NCBI GenBank assembly: GCA_951406725.2
Contig: OX597818.1
Coordinates: 91,078,001-91,142,000 of the forward strand
Direction: 5' to 3'
DNA length: 64,000 nucleotides
Origin: Octopus vulgaris
Taxonomy: Eukaryota
Every line of letters begins with the position of its first letter. The first letter of the stretch is position 1. This document shows positions 14,710 to 48,905 of the stretch, piece by piece. The notes under the pieces are model-generated. The model saw only the letters and a program-made list of their open reading frames with translations. It was not told the DNA's origin and searched no databases. The position numbers were made by a program, and so were the translations under genes.

Positions 14710-15873
14710 GTATTATTTCACATCCGCGAGATTTCTAAATTGTTTTTGACGTCAACAATGTGTGGGTGTGTTGTGTGTGTGTGTGTGGGTGTGTGTGTAT
14801 GTGTATATGCGTGTGCGTGTGTGGTTCTAATATGATGTAAATGTAATCAAGTCATAAGATATAAACAAACAAAATAAGCCGAGGCCCTCAGCAATCAACA
14901 TTGTCAAGATACACCGTGCCAAATCAACCGTTCTTTTAATCAAACAGTACAAATGGCAATCACTTCCATTATCTCTTTAGCTTTTGTCTATTTTCTGAGG
15001 CAGCGAGAATGTATAGTTCATTGAAGCATTGAAAGACAAAAGCATGTTGGTTCGTTCTAATTTACAATAAAATTACTCGGTATCTTTTTCACTTGTTTTC
15101 TATTTATCTCTGATTAATCACCTGTGATTGGGTAATAGATGGTATGGTAAGCTATAGGTGTCAATAAGCAGAATTTGCTACGATAATAATAGCAAGTCTA
15201 CACAATACAGCTGATCACAATGGCTTCTGTTTAGATGATTTTCACGTATTTATTTATTTATTTTCTGCTGTTATTCATTTGTCTGGGTGTTGTCATTATT
15301 ATGGCGGTGGTGTTGAATGATGTGCTGTCATTTGGTTTGTTGTTAATGTGTTTTATTAGGTGGCACTGTGGCTATTATTTTTTTTTTCTATTTTGTGGTG
15401 CTGGTTGTTATAAAGGACTATGTGTGTTGCACTTGTTGCGTTTGATTCATTCGTTGTTGCGCATGTTGCAATGGTTGCTATTATTTATTATTTAACAATG
15501 GTCAAATTTTGATTGAGCGAATGTGTGATTTAAGGCATTCTGGTTGTAAATATCCTATGTTTTTACATGTCTGGAGGAGATAGTCTTTTGCGTCCTTGTT
15601 TTCACCAGGGAATATGGCGTGATTTTATGTCTTTGTGTGTCTGTGTGTGAGCGGACGGGGGCAATTTTTATGTGCTATATTTAAAGAATGAGAGGATACC
15701 AAGAGATCTACTCATTCGTCATTTTGATGAGTTGTTGCTGTGAATGTTAAATTACAATGAAACTAGAAGTAATTAAAATTTATCGATAATTTTTCTGGCG
15801 ATGCAGTTGAACAGGAAATATCGAAGGTTGATATCACCTACATAGTGATGACGGTGTTGGTTGTAGGTATGTA

Positions 15874-17140
15874 CACAGACATGCAAGAAGTAAGGAGACA
15901 CCTTTGATTTTCAATATCTTTTATTTAATACGCAAAGCGAGCAATTGAAATGTAATCGATAGGTAGGACTACATACTTTAGTATTTATTTGACATTCCCT
16001 TTGCAGTTTTTAATTCAGAAACTATTTTTGGCATTGAACGGATGAGCTTTGTGATTGTCTCTTGTGGAATTTCTACCCACTTTTCACGAAACAATCGAAA
16101 CAATTCATGTTTAGATCCAGGTTTCTGTCGAGGTTTTCGTAAAGCTCTATCTAGTATGCTCCAAATATTTTCAATTGGGCTCATGTCAGGAGATTGGCTC
16201 GGCCAAGGAAGCTTTTTGATCCCATTTTCAGTCAGCCATTGTTGATTCCTTTTCGCTGTGTGGCATGGCGTCCATCATCCATGAATAGAAAATCATTTTC
16301 GTTATGTTATCGTGTGAAAACATAGGAAGTAGCCCTTGCTTATGTATTTCGATGTATATTTTTGAAGTTTATGGTTCCAACACTTTCGATCAGCTCAGAA
16401 CGTCCACTGCTGGTGACAGCTCCCGATACCATTACAGAGATACTACCGTGGGTCACAGTTGGTTGGAGTCGTTTCAAATCAAATTCCTGATTGGGAAGCC
16501 TCCAGACCTAAACATGTCCAATGTAAATTCTGGATTCATTTGAGAAAATTACTCTATCCCAAAATGAACTGGAATTTTTCTGACATCTCCTTAGACCATT
16601 TTTTCTTTTCATGATATTAATTGGTTGAAGGAAAGGTTTTCTTCTAGCTACTAGTCCATAATATCCAAGCTTATGCAGAGATGTAACACACGTTCTTGGA
16701 TTATCTTCTAGCTGTTTTGCAATGTCAGAAGCCTTCGAACGGGATTCGTTTTCCACAATTCTGTTCAAACAGCGAAAGCTTCCGTTCCAAGACCTAGGTC
16801 GGCCGGGACGAGAATCTGTTGATTCTTTTCCTTTGCTTTTGAATTGCACTATAATTCTATTAACAGCAGCAAGTGGAATTTGAAGAATTTCGGCAATTTT
16901 TCGCTGGCTAAAACCAGCCTCAGATTGCCCAACGATACGACGTCTTTCAAAATCTGACAGTTGTGCTGAATTTTTAAGTTTGTAGCATGGTTACTCTTCG
17001 CAAATGTTTAATATAATGGCACCTGGAATGAAAAAAAGAATAAATACATTGTAAATTCTACACCACTGAAAACATATTAAGACGCTTACATCTGAAATTT
17101 TGAAAATTAAATATGTCTATTTACTTCCTGCATGTCTGTG
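15874..17140 (-). mobile_element. Full-length Tc1-like (DD34E) transposon, inactivated
   Basis: ~40-bp TIRs CACAGACATGCA(A/G)GAAGTAA.., TA duplication at 15872-15873 and 17141-17142; HTH LSDFERRRIVG..GFSQRKIA..GRPR; VIFSNES (first D mutated to N); MDDG(A)PCH...WPSQSPDMSPIE with 34-residue spacing; frameshifts. Confidence 0.92.
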
Positions 17141-18574
17141 TACATGATAGTGGTCATTTTAGTGTACATAAGTGAAATTTTGATCCTCAGACCCGTGTGA
17201 AATCTGATAGAAAGTACTTATAATGAAAGATGTTTCAAAGTCCAGGTCGGATATAGTACCCTGTTACCATCGATACCTAACTACGGAATACTAATTTAAA
17301 TTTATATTATCTAGTTGATTTGAAATCCATTATGTCCTACACTATTTTCTTCTACATTCTTGATAAAAGTTCTCTTTGCAATGACACAATCCTCATCTCA
17401 CCATATTATATTTATTATATTTTTTAAAAATTCCAATTTGTTTCTTTTTTGATGATGCGGTCCAACACAAGTTCTCTAAAATTTACATCTGAGCCTGGTG
17501 AAATTTTAATCTCAAATTTTGGCACAAGTCCAGCAATTATGAGAGAGGGGCTAAATCGATTACATCGACCCCAGTGTTCAACTAGTACTCATTTTATCGA
17601 CCCCTAAAGAATGAAAGGCAAAGTCTATCCTGCATTTGAACAGGAATGTACGGATGAATAAAATGCCGCTAAGTATTTTGCCCGGCGTGCTAACAATTTT
17701 GTCTGCCCGCCACCTGATCCTGGTGAAGTATTGAACGTAAAACAGATATGGAGAAATATATATTTTTCATGTGAAATCATTCTAACTTTATCGCCTGTTC
17801 TGTTATAATGCCGCTATACTCGCATAAATAAGATTCATCACATTCTGCCTCGTGTATTTTATTTAATATATACATTATAAACCTTATGGTAGATAACCAA
17901 GTAGACCCCCTATATTAAGGAATAAATTTATTTACACGTATTTTGTAATCAGAACTTAATTAACGAACCATGAGAAAATTGAGTCAATGTAACTCATCGC
18001 CTCATGCATTTAGACCAGGTGGCTACTGAAACCCTCACCTAGTTTTGTACTGCAAGGTAAGCGACTGGATTATATAAAACTTTCGTCGTTAAATAAGTTA
18101 TTGTGGTTTCGATTACATCTTTACTATATAGAATGTGTGGAAAGTAGTTCAGTAAGCTAGCCAGCTAGCCGTTGATGGATACCAGTAAACGATGAGTTAA
18201 TTGCCGGATGTAGACAATAATAGAAGCGTGCAGTCGTTAGATCTATGTTTTTCATATACTACCGATTATATTATAGCTTGACTAGACCATATTGATCATA
18301 GGTCTGCTTGATCATATGAGACCTGAGGCGAAACAACGACTACTACAAGTGTATAACTTTGAAAACAGTAATTATACTACAACTAATAAACAGACACGAC
18401 ATTTTATCTGTCTGTTTCAGAAGTCTTTCAAACGCTTATCATATGTATGAATGTAGGAGTGAATTGTAAAGTTAAATACAAAACGCATATATACATTCAT
18501 ACACGCACATGATCACATACACGTAAATACATACATGTATGGGCTTGGTGATATATACGCGTAATTACACATGC

Positions 18575-18664
<90 letters not shown>

Positions 18665-18915
18665 ATATAATACAAAATGGGACAATAACGCAAAACATCC
18701 AAATAGACGATACAAAAAACACGGATGAGTCATTCGAAGCCTTTAATCTTCAGTCAAGAACCGGATCATCCTCGCAATTTCGGTTAATTAATCCTGAGAT
18801 TGCTCCAATCTGGCCACCCTCAAGGGGAAAACTTAGCTAAGAGTATTAGATTCCTCGGAAAAAGGATCGAATGTGTACAAAACAAGGGCAAAAAACGGAC
18901 GATGTTACACGAATA
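18665..18915. repeat. Unclassified (TA)n-anchored repeat; second copy at ~21870-22145
   Basis: Both copies read atgggacaa.aacgcaaaacatcc...gagattgctccaa.ctggcca...gaaaact.agctaagag.attagat. Confidence 0.65.
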
Positions 18916-19041
18916 TAAATAGAAAAAAAAATATATATAATACGAATATAAATGCAAAACAACAACAACAACAACAACAATAACAATAATAATAATAATA
19001 ATAATGATAATAATAATAATATTAATAATAATGATAATAAC

Positions 19042-19102
<61 letters not shown>

Positions 19103-19107
19103 TATAA

Positions 19108-19171
<64 letters not shown>

Positions 19172-19609
19172 CAGTTTCGAAAAGATATCTTTCATTGTAG
19201 CTTTCGAGTGATACCACCATTGCTGGCTTGGTGGGCAGCCCTATTCCACCCACATCCCACCGCCACGTCCATGAACGGATCACTAGTCTGTCGTACGGTT
19301 ACTCAGTTACAGCTGAGTGGACTGGAGCAATGTGAAATCACAGTGTTTTGCTCAAGAGCATAACGTACCGCCTGTCTGGGGATCGAAACCATTTTCGTGA
19401 GAGCAACATCCTAACCATTGGATCACGAGCCTTCCCACACGCACACACACATACACACACACTCATACATACACACATATTTTCATACATAAACACATAA
19501 TAAACATATACATACACATATATGTGTGTGTGTGCGCGTGTAGATAGCTAGCTAGATTGGCAGACAGACAGACACATACAGAAATAAATAGATAGATATG
19601 TATGTATGC

Positions 19610-19672
<63 letters not shown>

Positions 19673-20146
19673 AAATAGTAATGCAATACGAGAGTATTGC
19701 TTTCCAGTAAAGAATAGCCCGTATTACTATTTTTATTGAAACTTCACTGTTCTCGTTCTGTCAGCGTTTTGGCGTTTCAGTCGAGTGTATTGGCATTGAT
19801 GTGGCAACATCTGAAATGTTGTCGGTTATTTGTTGGCTGATGAAGATAAATCAAGTATATGTGTGCAGACATATTCTTGAGAAATCTGAAACCGGTCCCA
19901 CATTATCCCTTTCTAGGTATTTCATCTTTCAGATGTTCTCCGTGGAGGTAAGACAATTTTTTTCAAGTTTGTTGCACACACGCATTTTTGCTAGTACATA
20001 CGTGATGAAGTTATACATTAGCGTCGTATTTATTACGTTCGCTATTTTCCAGTAAATATCGGTACTTCGTTGTGCCATATATTTACTTCTATGTATATAT
20101 ATATATATATATAATTATTATTTGAGGGAATAAAACCTAAACTTAC

Positions 20147-20243
20147 AAGAAACCTGATGAGCGACTATATTTATATGCAAATGATTTCTCTACTACTATA
20201 ATCATTTGTTAAATATAGTAGCGAAACACGTAGCGTTTTTCTT
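20147..20243 (+). ncRNA. Hammerhead ribozyme motif with long stem II
   Basis: CTGATGA (20154-20160); stem II GCgACTATATTTA/TAAATATAGTaGC plus GCAAATGATT/AATCATTTGT; GAAAC-AC-GTA; imperfect stem I (C-G, bulge, AAGAAA/TTTCTT). Confidence 0.65.
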
Positions 20244-21196
20244 CCTATTTTATATATTACATTATTCTTGTAATTTACTTAATCTTTACTTTTTAATTGT
20301 TATTTTAATTTTAACTTTTCTATTATATGTAATTTTCTAGATGGTGTAATTTAATTATTCATTTTGAATTGATAAAAGGTGTTTCTTTTCTAATATATAT
20401 ATATATATATTGTGTAATAAATAAAATATATGCATGCATACATACATATATGTACGTACCTACATCTACATGTATATATACATGCATATATAATATATAT
20501 ATACGTGAGTACAGGACACCACAAATAGACGCAGAACTCAACGAGAACGAAAACGTAAAAACAAGCATGGAACGAACCTTTTTTTTTACAAAGAAAAAAA
20601 CTGAGTACTAGACAAACTACACAAGGAAAATCCCCTTCATCAGCTGTCCCTAGTTCAACTCCAGCGTGTTTCGAAGGTGAGGACAGAACACGACTCGTGG
20701 AACTAGTCCTTCATGCGAAAAAATTAAAGGAAATTACTTCGCAGAGGAGTAAAAACAAGGAAAGAACAAAATGTGACACAAACAGGACGTAAAAACGATA
20801 CAAATAAAATTACATAATAAAATACAAAATAAAATACAAAATAAAAATACAGTTACAGAAAAATACAATATAAGAAATAAAATCACACAAGAAAACAACC
20901 AAAGAGGGCCTTTTTTGCCTAGACGAGGAGAGATTCAAGGAGCGCAAGAAAACCGTGTGTTTACAGTCAGAAGGCCGCATGCAAAACGAAGTATTTGGCC
21001 GGCTGTGGGAGAGATGAGGAGGAGTGAGAGAGAGAGAGAGATAGAGGAAGACAAACGGCTGCGAGAGAGATGAGGAGGAGTGAGAGTGAGAGAAGGGGCT
21101 GCATATATTTTATTTATTACACTATTGTATGACTGAGCGCCTTCGCATCGATTCGATTCGATTCACTCCGCTTCGTTTCTTCTTCTTCTCCCAGTA

Positions 21197-21269
<73 letters not shown>

Positions 21270-22225
21270 CATATATGTGTGTGTGTGTATGTATAGATAT
21301 ATCTATGTAAATTTCTTAACAAACATAAGAATAAACAAAATAACTGCATACGAACATCGACCAACATAGACAATGCTGACGCTAAAATTTTTTTTTTAAC
21401 GGTTCCATAAAGGAACATACTGATCCCTGTATGTAACTGGCCTCTACTCGAGCAGCATAACGGCTTCTACTCCAGCAGCATAAGTACGAAATTGGAGTTG
21501 GGAACATTTGATCACAAGACTTTTCAGTTGTACCCACCGACCATATTTCAGAGAACCACTTAACCACATTAAACGTATAAACATACATACACATTTGAAC
21601 ACATGTAGATACGTACATTCATACATACATACATAGATACATACATGCATATACATACATAAATACATACATACATACATACATACATACATACATACAT
21701 ACATACATACATACATACATACATACACCGGTGTATTTACTGGATATGTAGGTTCCAGTCCTACGCGTAGCCTTCGATATTTTCTAACCGAAAAGTTTTT
21801 TTAACCTAATGTTTGCATGCTTTATTTATAACTTTGTCTGTTTGAAGATGCCAACAATATATATATATATTAAAAGAATACAATATGGGACAAGAACGCA
21901 AAACATCCGAACGATTGGGTGATACCAAAATGGGACAAAAAAAATATCCAAAGAAAACAAGGACGGGTCAATCGAAGTTTTCTTACCTCAGTCAAGTACC
22001 AAATTATCTTGGCAATTTCGGCTGATTATACTTGAGATTGCTCCAAACTGGCCAGCCCTAAGGAAAAACTAAGCTAAGAGCATTAGATCCCTTGGAAAAA
22101 GGCAGCGAATGTATACAAAACCAAGGACGGATAAAAACAAACAAAATTACATATATTTATATATATATATATATATATATATAAAGAGAGAGAGAGAGGG
22201 GGGATGTATAGATATGTATAGATAA

Positions 22226-22285
<60 letters not shown>

Positions 22286-22549
22286 GTACATACATACACC
22301 CATGCATACATACACACATACATTCATACGTACTTACGTACGTACATACATATATTTATTTGTGCACGGAATCGTTCTTGCTGTAAACATTTTTCAAAAG
22401 AAGTTCAGAAAATTTACTGCCGAACCAATCCTCTTACAATTAGTATTGTGTCAGTGTCTTAGAATTCATGAAGTCAGTGGAGACATTCGAATTTCAAAGT
22501 ATTTAAAACAGACAACAGGAACCGCTGATTACTTTAAATGACAACCAAC

Positions 22550-22622
22550 CCAATAGTTTATTCCACGCCATTATTGGTTCATTATATTCTCTGACTCACT
22601 GACTCGTTTTCCAACTATAAAA
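22550..22622 (+). promoter_or_regulatory. S-crystallin proximal promoter: CCAAT (22550-22554), inverted CCAAT (22573-22577), AP-1 TGACTCA (22592-22598) plus TGACTCG (22600-22606), TATAAAA (22616-22622)
   Basis: Motifs read directly about 200 bp upstream of the ATG in canonical order; an AP-1 site near the TATA box is known from squid S-crystallin promoters. Confidence 0.75.
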
Positions 22623-22820
22623 TGGGATTCTTCAGCTTTATTCGTTTCACAACATGTGGATTTAGATCTAACTAAAGATTAATTTTACGGATTTGAATTT
22701 CTTGTAAATTCTGTTTTTCATTTTTTTCTTGGACCCCTCTCATTTTATTTATAGTTTTACAATTCCACAGAATTAATATTTTCCTTGCTTCTATTGCTCT
22801 GATCCTCAAGTTTTAATACA

Positions 22821-42477
<19,657 letters not shown>

Positions 42478-43031
42478 TTACAAAGAACTGACTAAATAAT
42501 TGAAATTACATATGAAATTTTAAAAAAATTAAGACAGAAATGGGAAAATGGTTGATAGACATTTCAGAGAGAAACTGAATATTTCTCTTTTGAGTAGGAG
42601 TACATTTAAAGAATATAAACTGGATTCTATTAGCTCTCCTAATTATATAATTGCCTGGTGCTGAGCTAAAAACAATGACTATATCAGCTGTCATATTTTA
42701 TATAAGATTCTCATCGTCGACTGACACGAGGCCTATTTAATGGTATTCATTGATACCTTTAGATGAGTAGTTTCTGAAGAAAGAGAAGTCATGGCTTTCA
42801 TCTTTGAATATGTGTTGGCTATTTCACCATTTTTGTTGAATTTAAAACGAAGGAGTTGTGTTGTTTACTGCTAGTGTGATTCCGCACTCGACCAACACTG
42901 TAATGGATGCAACCATCAAAATAACTGCAACAATAAGAAGCATGTTTGAGAATTATAATTATGTATAGCTCAATGTTTATTGTTATGTTTTTATTGTCTA
43001 ATATGTAAAATAACGTGCGTGTTGTATTCAC

Positions 43032-43037
43032 AATAAA
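43032..43037 (+). terminator. Polyadenylation signal of S-crystallin
   Basis: First AATAAA seen after the stop (~555 nt downstream), followed by ATTAAA and a GT/T-rich tract at ~43130-43160. Confidence 0.6.
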
Positions 43038-44099
43038 CTCTTATGCTCCAAATAATTAAATTATAAATCATTTGTTCCTGTTATATTCCCTATGTTGTCT
43101 CACTTCCAAATTTTGTTTTAGCGTGCTTCATGTTTGTTTTGTTTTTGTTTTGTTTCTTTTTGTAAACTTGGGAATTGTCATGCGACCCAATATAGCAGAA
43201 TCGTCAGCATGATGGATAGAGAAAATCCTTAGCAACAATTCGTCCAGCTCTTTCTTCTGAGCGCAAATGCCGCCGAGGTCGACTTTGCCTTTCCTTCTTT
43301 CTGGGTCGATAAAATGAGTACCTGTGGAGTATTGGAGTTGATGTAATCGACTTACTACCCTCCCTCGAAATCGCTCGCCTTGTGCCCGAATTTGAAATCA
43401 ACATTTACTATTTCTATGAACGTATTAGCCTACAACTCTACTCGCTTATGAGAAAAGTCAATGTGCTACAGAGTTCGATACAAGTTGGCAAAATGATTCC
43501 TAAATTGACAAATAAATACTATTCGACTGCAGAAAGAGAATGGGAGAAAAAGGAAGTGAGAAACAGAGAAGAAGCAAGATATGACCTAATTGTATACGTT
43601 GATAGTTGGATATCTTCGAATCCCACAGATAGAGATAGTACTATATTTATGTGATTTGACATCAGCAAGTTGTTAAACAGATGTGTATGGTATTGTTGAA
43701 GTGACATTTTAATGTGTATTTTGCTCTTTCAAATAACGAACAAAACTGTTGGCCAAAGCTTATAACTGTTTGAGTATATATTCCTGATGTCAAGTAGAAT
43801 TTTAATAAAGTTTCTAATGAATTCGATAGAAATATTTCAAGCAATTTCAAACTCTCATTTATCAATACATATTAATATAATTTATGGGTTACAAATTGTA
43901 GAGAATAATATTTACAAAAAGATCGCCTTAAACGTATGAACATAAATTTGCAATAAAATATGTTCTACTTAGCTTGCATTAAATTAGATATCAAATGTTC
44001 AGTTTTACAAATAAAGATTTACTATAACATAATTACTTACAAATAACATGAATAAACAAAATACCTGTTGTAAGAAAAAAGTAACAAGTGCGGCTAGAC

Positions 44100-45212
44100 A
44101 TAGGGTAGTTAGTATTTGGTGGTAATTTGTATGAATTTAGAAAAATACGTATAGCTCATCAATGAAGTGATGGATTTGGACGGAAATTGGCAGAAATAAC
44201 CCCGAGAAACATTTTATCACATCTATTCAATGAATATACCTTTAGCGTCAATAGATGCTTCAATACGAGGTCGGAAGCATTGAGATGCCCGAATCAGATG
44301 ATCTTTATCAATTTTGTACATAGGATTGGTTATGTTACACTTGAGAAATCGTATGGTGTTATGAGGATATTGATTGATGTCTCCCTTGACTGCTCCACAC
44401 ATGCAATAGTCCAACGTATTGATGTCTGATGAGGTAGGGAGGCCATGTGTCTGGCAGAACATGATCATGGACATTTGCATGCATCAATACTTGGGTTGCT
44501 CTAGACTTTTGAGATGACGCAAAGCCTTGTTGGATGAAGTATCCTCTTCCATTGCGTTCTCTATCCAGGTCCTCACAATTTTCTCCAACAACATCTCTGT
44601 TTAGACAGTGCCATTGACTTTTAAGCCCCGTGAAAAAAAAGTGAGGAGGCATGACATTTTCTGTGTTGCCTATGAGTCACAGAACCATCACAGTTGCTGG
44701 TAACGTAGTATAACCAATTGTCGTTCCTGCGCTTTACTTTTGGTCCAGGTTATTGGTGTTTTAATTTGTTTAGCAAGCACTTTGCACGAATCGAACGATC
44801 ATCTTATCACACACCACACGAATTGATTCCTCCAGATCACTTACAACTTGTAATGGTTGTTTTCATGCACAACTCTTTTGATGGTGTATTCTGAAACGCT
44901 GAAGCTATTTGCAAAGTTTTTGAACTTGTACATAGTTATACGTTTTGCTGTTATTAGGGCCCTGTACAGCGTTTAGCTTTTGATACTGGATCCCCGTTAG
45001 CAGCGACCGCTTCCTTTCGAACTTTGACAACGAAGTATCAGACAACTATCAGAAAGTGAGTATCTACGGTGCTTTCTAGGCTACGATTACAGCATGTTTT
45101 TGTTTTTCACTTGACGTCTGAAATTATTTATCTGAAACGTAAGGTAAAAGAAAAAGAAGAGGAAAGTTAGACCTCTTGAAAGACGTCTCCCCCAAAACTG
45201 ATTCGCCCTGTG
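44100..45212 (-). mobile_element. maT/DD37D-like transposon relic
   Basis: MPPHFF, YFIQQGFASSQKSRATQ, WPP.SSDINTLDY.., PHNT..LK..I, HLIRA...FRPRIEA.I.A.G.FIE; degenerate CA(C/T)AGGG termini. Confidence 0.8.
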
Positions 45213-47459
45213 TATGTAAATATACAGCAAATACATATATATAATATATCGCAAATCGTTGGGAATTGAATGACATATTTGTTACAAGTTTGTCAAGTGA
45301 GGATGAATTGATTGGTTCTGAGCTCCGCGCGTCCATGGAAATGGACTTCTGCTGGCAATGTCTCACTGGAACAACAATCGTTCAAACACGTGCAATGATG
45401 AAAATTGATATATTTTCCGGAGAATCAATTCTAATTGAGACAAAGAAACACTAGATGACAGGCGCCAAACTCAGCTTACACTTTGCAATCAAAAATAAGA
45501 AATTAAAATAATAATAATAAAAGTGAGGATTTACGTAAAATTTAGGGCTTCAAAATTATTGAAATCATATAAATCCGGAAATTGCAACAAAACACTGGTG
45601 AAAGATTTGTGCATGCTTGTCGAGGAAAAATGAAGTGTATTGTCCTTGATCCCTTTAGTTCCACGAAGATGGAAGAGATTGCTATAGTTAATGTCTCGTT
45701 TGAGCAGCAATCGATCACTGTTCATAGAAAAAGCATGAACAGAGGTCGAAACTAGAATGTTTATCGGAGAATCACTTCCAATAAAAATTCAAAAACACAA
45801 GATTGTTATGTTAAATCGGGCGGCATGCTAAGCTTGCTATCTGCATAAAACGAGGATTTATGAAAAATATAGATTTATAGAAATTATAGAAAACCTATAA
45901 AAACGGGAATTGCAATATACCATCGGAAAGGAATCGGAAAATATCGTAATTGAGTCGAAGACAGATAGCCTATCGATGTCTCTCGATAAAGTCTTTAGAG
46001 AATTCTTATGAAAATAATCTATGGAGTCAGCTTGCCATTTTTATTTCAAACCAATATACAGAACAAATTGACTACATGTAAATAACTCACCAACATAATC
46101 AGATAGGATGCAAATTAGATACGTGACTCCGATTTAATGTTTTAAGCAAGAGAAAGATAAATTTCCTCATGGAAAGGAAGAATATTTCATGTTGGTTAAT
46201 ATTTCCATATTATACGTACCCACTGCTAAGAAACTAAGTAAACTTAGCTATTGTGGGATGTTCAATGAAATAAATCAGATTCGTCTTGAAAACTGTAGAA
46301 GCAAGCATGTTAATATAATTATACTGAAACGTCCGACAACGGTGATACGTATGCAGACGCTGTTAAACATATATAGATTATCTGATGTAGAGAGTAATTC
46401 ATAAACTATTGAAAATTTTATTGCAAAATCATAGTGAAAGCATAAAAATCCTTGAGACTTCGAATCATGACTGGGTATATTATCGATTTATCTTCGTCTT
46501 CCGAGAAGTAGTCGAAATTAAATGTACAACAACACGATATGAATTTATAGTTTCTATATATCTGGATGAATAAAGTCAGTGTTTTCTTTAGGTATTAAGT
46601 TTAACTAACTGAAAATATTTAGAAGCACAGAAATATAATGACAGAATATGGAATAAAATATGTTAGTGCTAAAATGAAGTCATACGACATTATGTAAATA
46701 GTAACAAAAATCCTTTCTACTATAGGGACAAGATTTGGACAACGACCCCAGTACTTGACTGGTACTTATTATTATTGAATCCAAAAGGATGAATGGAAAA
46801 GTCAACTTCTGTGGAATTTGAACTCAGAAGGATGAAATGCAGTTAAGTATTTTGTCTGGTATGATAATGATTTTGCCAGTTCGCTGCCCTAATGATATCA
46901 ATAATAATTTAAATCACAACTAATAATTATTTAAATCAACACGAATAATAATTTTAAATAATTCACCACTAAACATCCATGTTCGGAGATACATCTACCA
47001 AAGAGGAAAAAGAGCAATGAAGTGAATTTCGTTCTGTAAGCTTCATTCGATTACGATACGAGAAACATATCCTTTCACTCGGATGAACAAGGGCCGCGTC
47101 CCATTGAGCAGAACCAGACAAAGGTCGGAAAGTTTGCTTCTTGTTAGCAATATGAGTTTGGAGGTCTCTAATAACAAGACAAGTCCTTCTGAAGGTCTTC
47201 CATGCCTAACACCTGCAGGCACCAATCAAATCGAAAGATAAAAATACTCCAGGGGAGATAATAAACATGTCATTGAAGCTTACTCCACCAACATGTATCA
47301 ACGAACAGACGTCTCAAACACCGAACATACAAAGTTTGGAGAGAAGAGAATCCTAGCATAAGACAGAACAAGATGACTTACGTCTAATAGCAATGAAATA
47401 AAACAAAATAAACTCCAATTAATATAACTATCTTACGCCGCCTACTACGCACTCTCTCT

Positions 47460-48905
47460 TTATTTAGCACAGAGGGTACACTATACGGACAGACAGAATG
47501 AAAATGAAAATGAAATGTGAGTTTTCATTGCTCACAAGGGGCCAACAAAGAAGGGGTGGCACAATCTGCTTTTAGTCAGATGAACGAATGAATTTTGACT
47601 TATGAATTTTAAAATTTATCAAAATATAATGAAATCGAATGACAGGACACACCGGAAGACATTACGGATGGAGTGGGGAGGCGGGTTCATCTCGGACCCC
47701 AGGAGCCCCGCCGCACCACAGATGCATGTGACTCGTCTTGTATTGCATTCATGAGGTGACATTTATAAGCAACATTCGTGCAACATTCTTCCATCGTCTG
47801 TCAAACATTTTCGCAGACAGGTATTTTCTCCCTAGCCCTATTTTCCTTTTCAGGTGAGAGGTGAAGTAATTCACCAATTTAGGATCAGAAATGAAGATGT
47901 CTGACTTTAACCCAATCAATCTCGTCTACCAAATTACCTCTTTCGCAATTGCTACTACAATGAGAAAACAATTCTTACTTTCTTTCGATAGGAAATCAGG
48001 CGAGTCAACTTTTACTGTTGACTCAGTCAATAGCTGTCCTCTTCCTGCACTTCACAACAGTTGTTCAGCATAAATCCACACGTTTGAAACCTCCGAACAC
48101 TGAACAATAGGGTGTGGGATGGTTTCCCTATCCCGTTCACGTCTTGGACAGGTCGATGGGCCGTAGCCACCACGCCTTGTGAGCTCGTCCCGAACAGGTA
48201 AGGCTCCTCGGTAACATTGCCATGCCAGAGACTTGTCAAAGTTGTCCAATGTATTCGGCCCGAATGTACTTTGAAAAAGACTGACCAGCTGATTATCATC
48301 GAGACCTAGGGTCACATTCCGCCTCTAGCAACCCTCTATAAAAGAATGAGGTGGAACCACTACCACAGGCGCTGCCCAAGCGACGGAATAGCAGGAGAGC
48401 CTTACGACACTCAGTAAACCATGTACCCAACTTCGATCTTCGATAGAACCATGTTTCTCGCCCAGCGAAACTAGTGAACTTGGGAAACATCCGTTTCGCT
48501 AGCGGAGACAACACACGTTCACCATCCAGGTAGAGTCACAGCTGCCTCAACCACAGCGCATCTCTGCGCATCAACAGTCAAGGCTTCCCTATTCCACCCT
48601 TTAACGGTTGTTGGCAGCAAATAGAACATCTCACAAGCGGTTTCGAGCCCTTCCACAAGAAGTGGAAGAGCTGTCTTTCCAGCTTGATCAACCACGAATC
48701 AGGGTAAGGAACGACGGTTAGACGGTAGTTGATGACCGATGCGATGAACACATTGACCACCTCCGCCCTCCCTTTCAGGGATAGCCACCGCCAAGACCAG
48801 TTGTTGCCTATGTGGGTTACCCTGCTCGATACCTCGGCACATTTCTTTTCTATTTGGCGGTCTGACCCAAACCAATCTCCTAGCAGGTTAATCGAACCCT
48901 CCATC
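47460..48905 (-). mobile_element. L1/Tx1-like LINE ORF2 3' fragment
   Basis: LLGDWF..WSWRWLSLKGRAEVVNVFIASVINYRL..FHFLWKG..PLKGGIG and zf-RVT-like LAWQCYRGALPVRD..CPR..ETIPH.IVQC; frameshifted. Confidence 0.85.
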
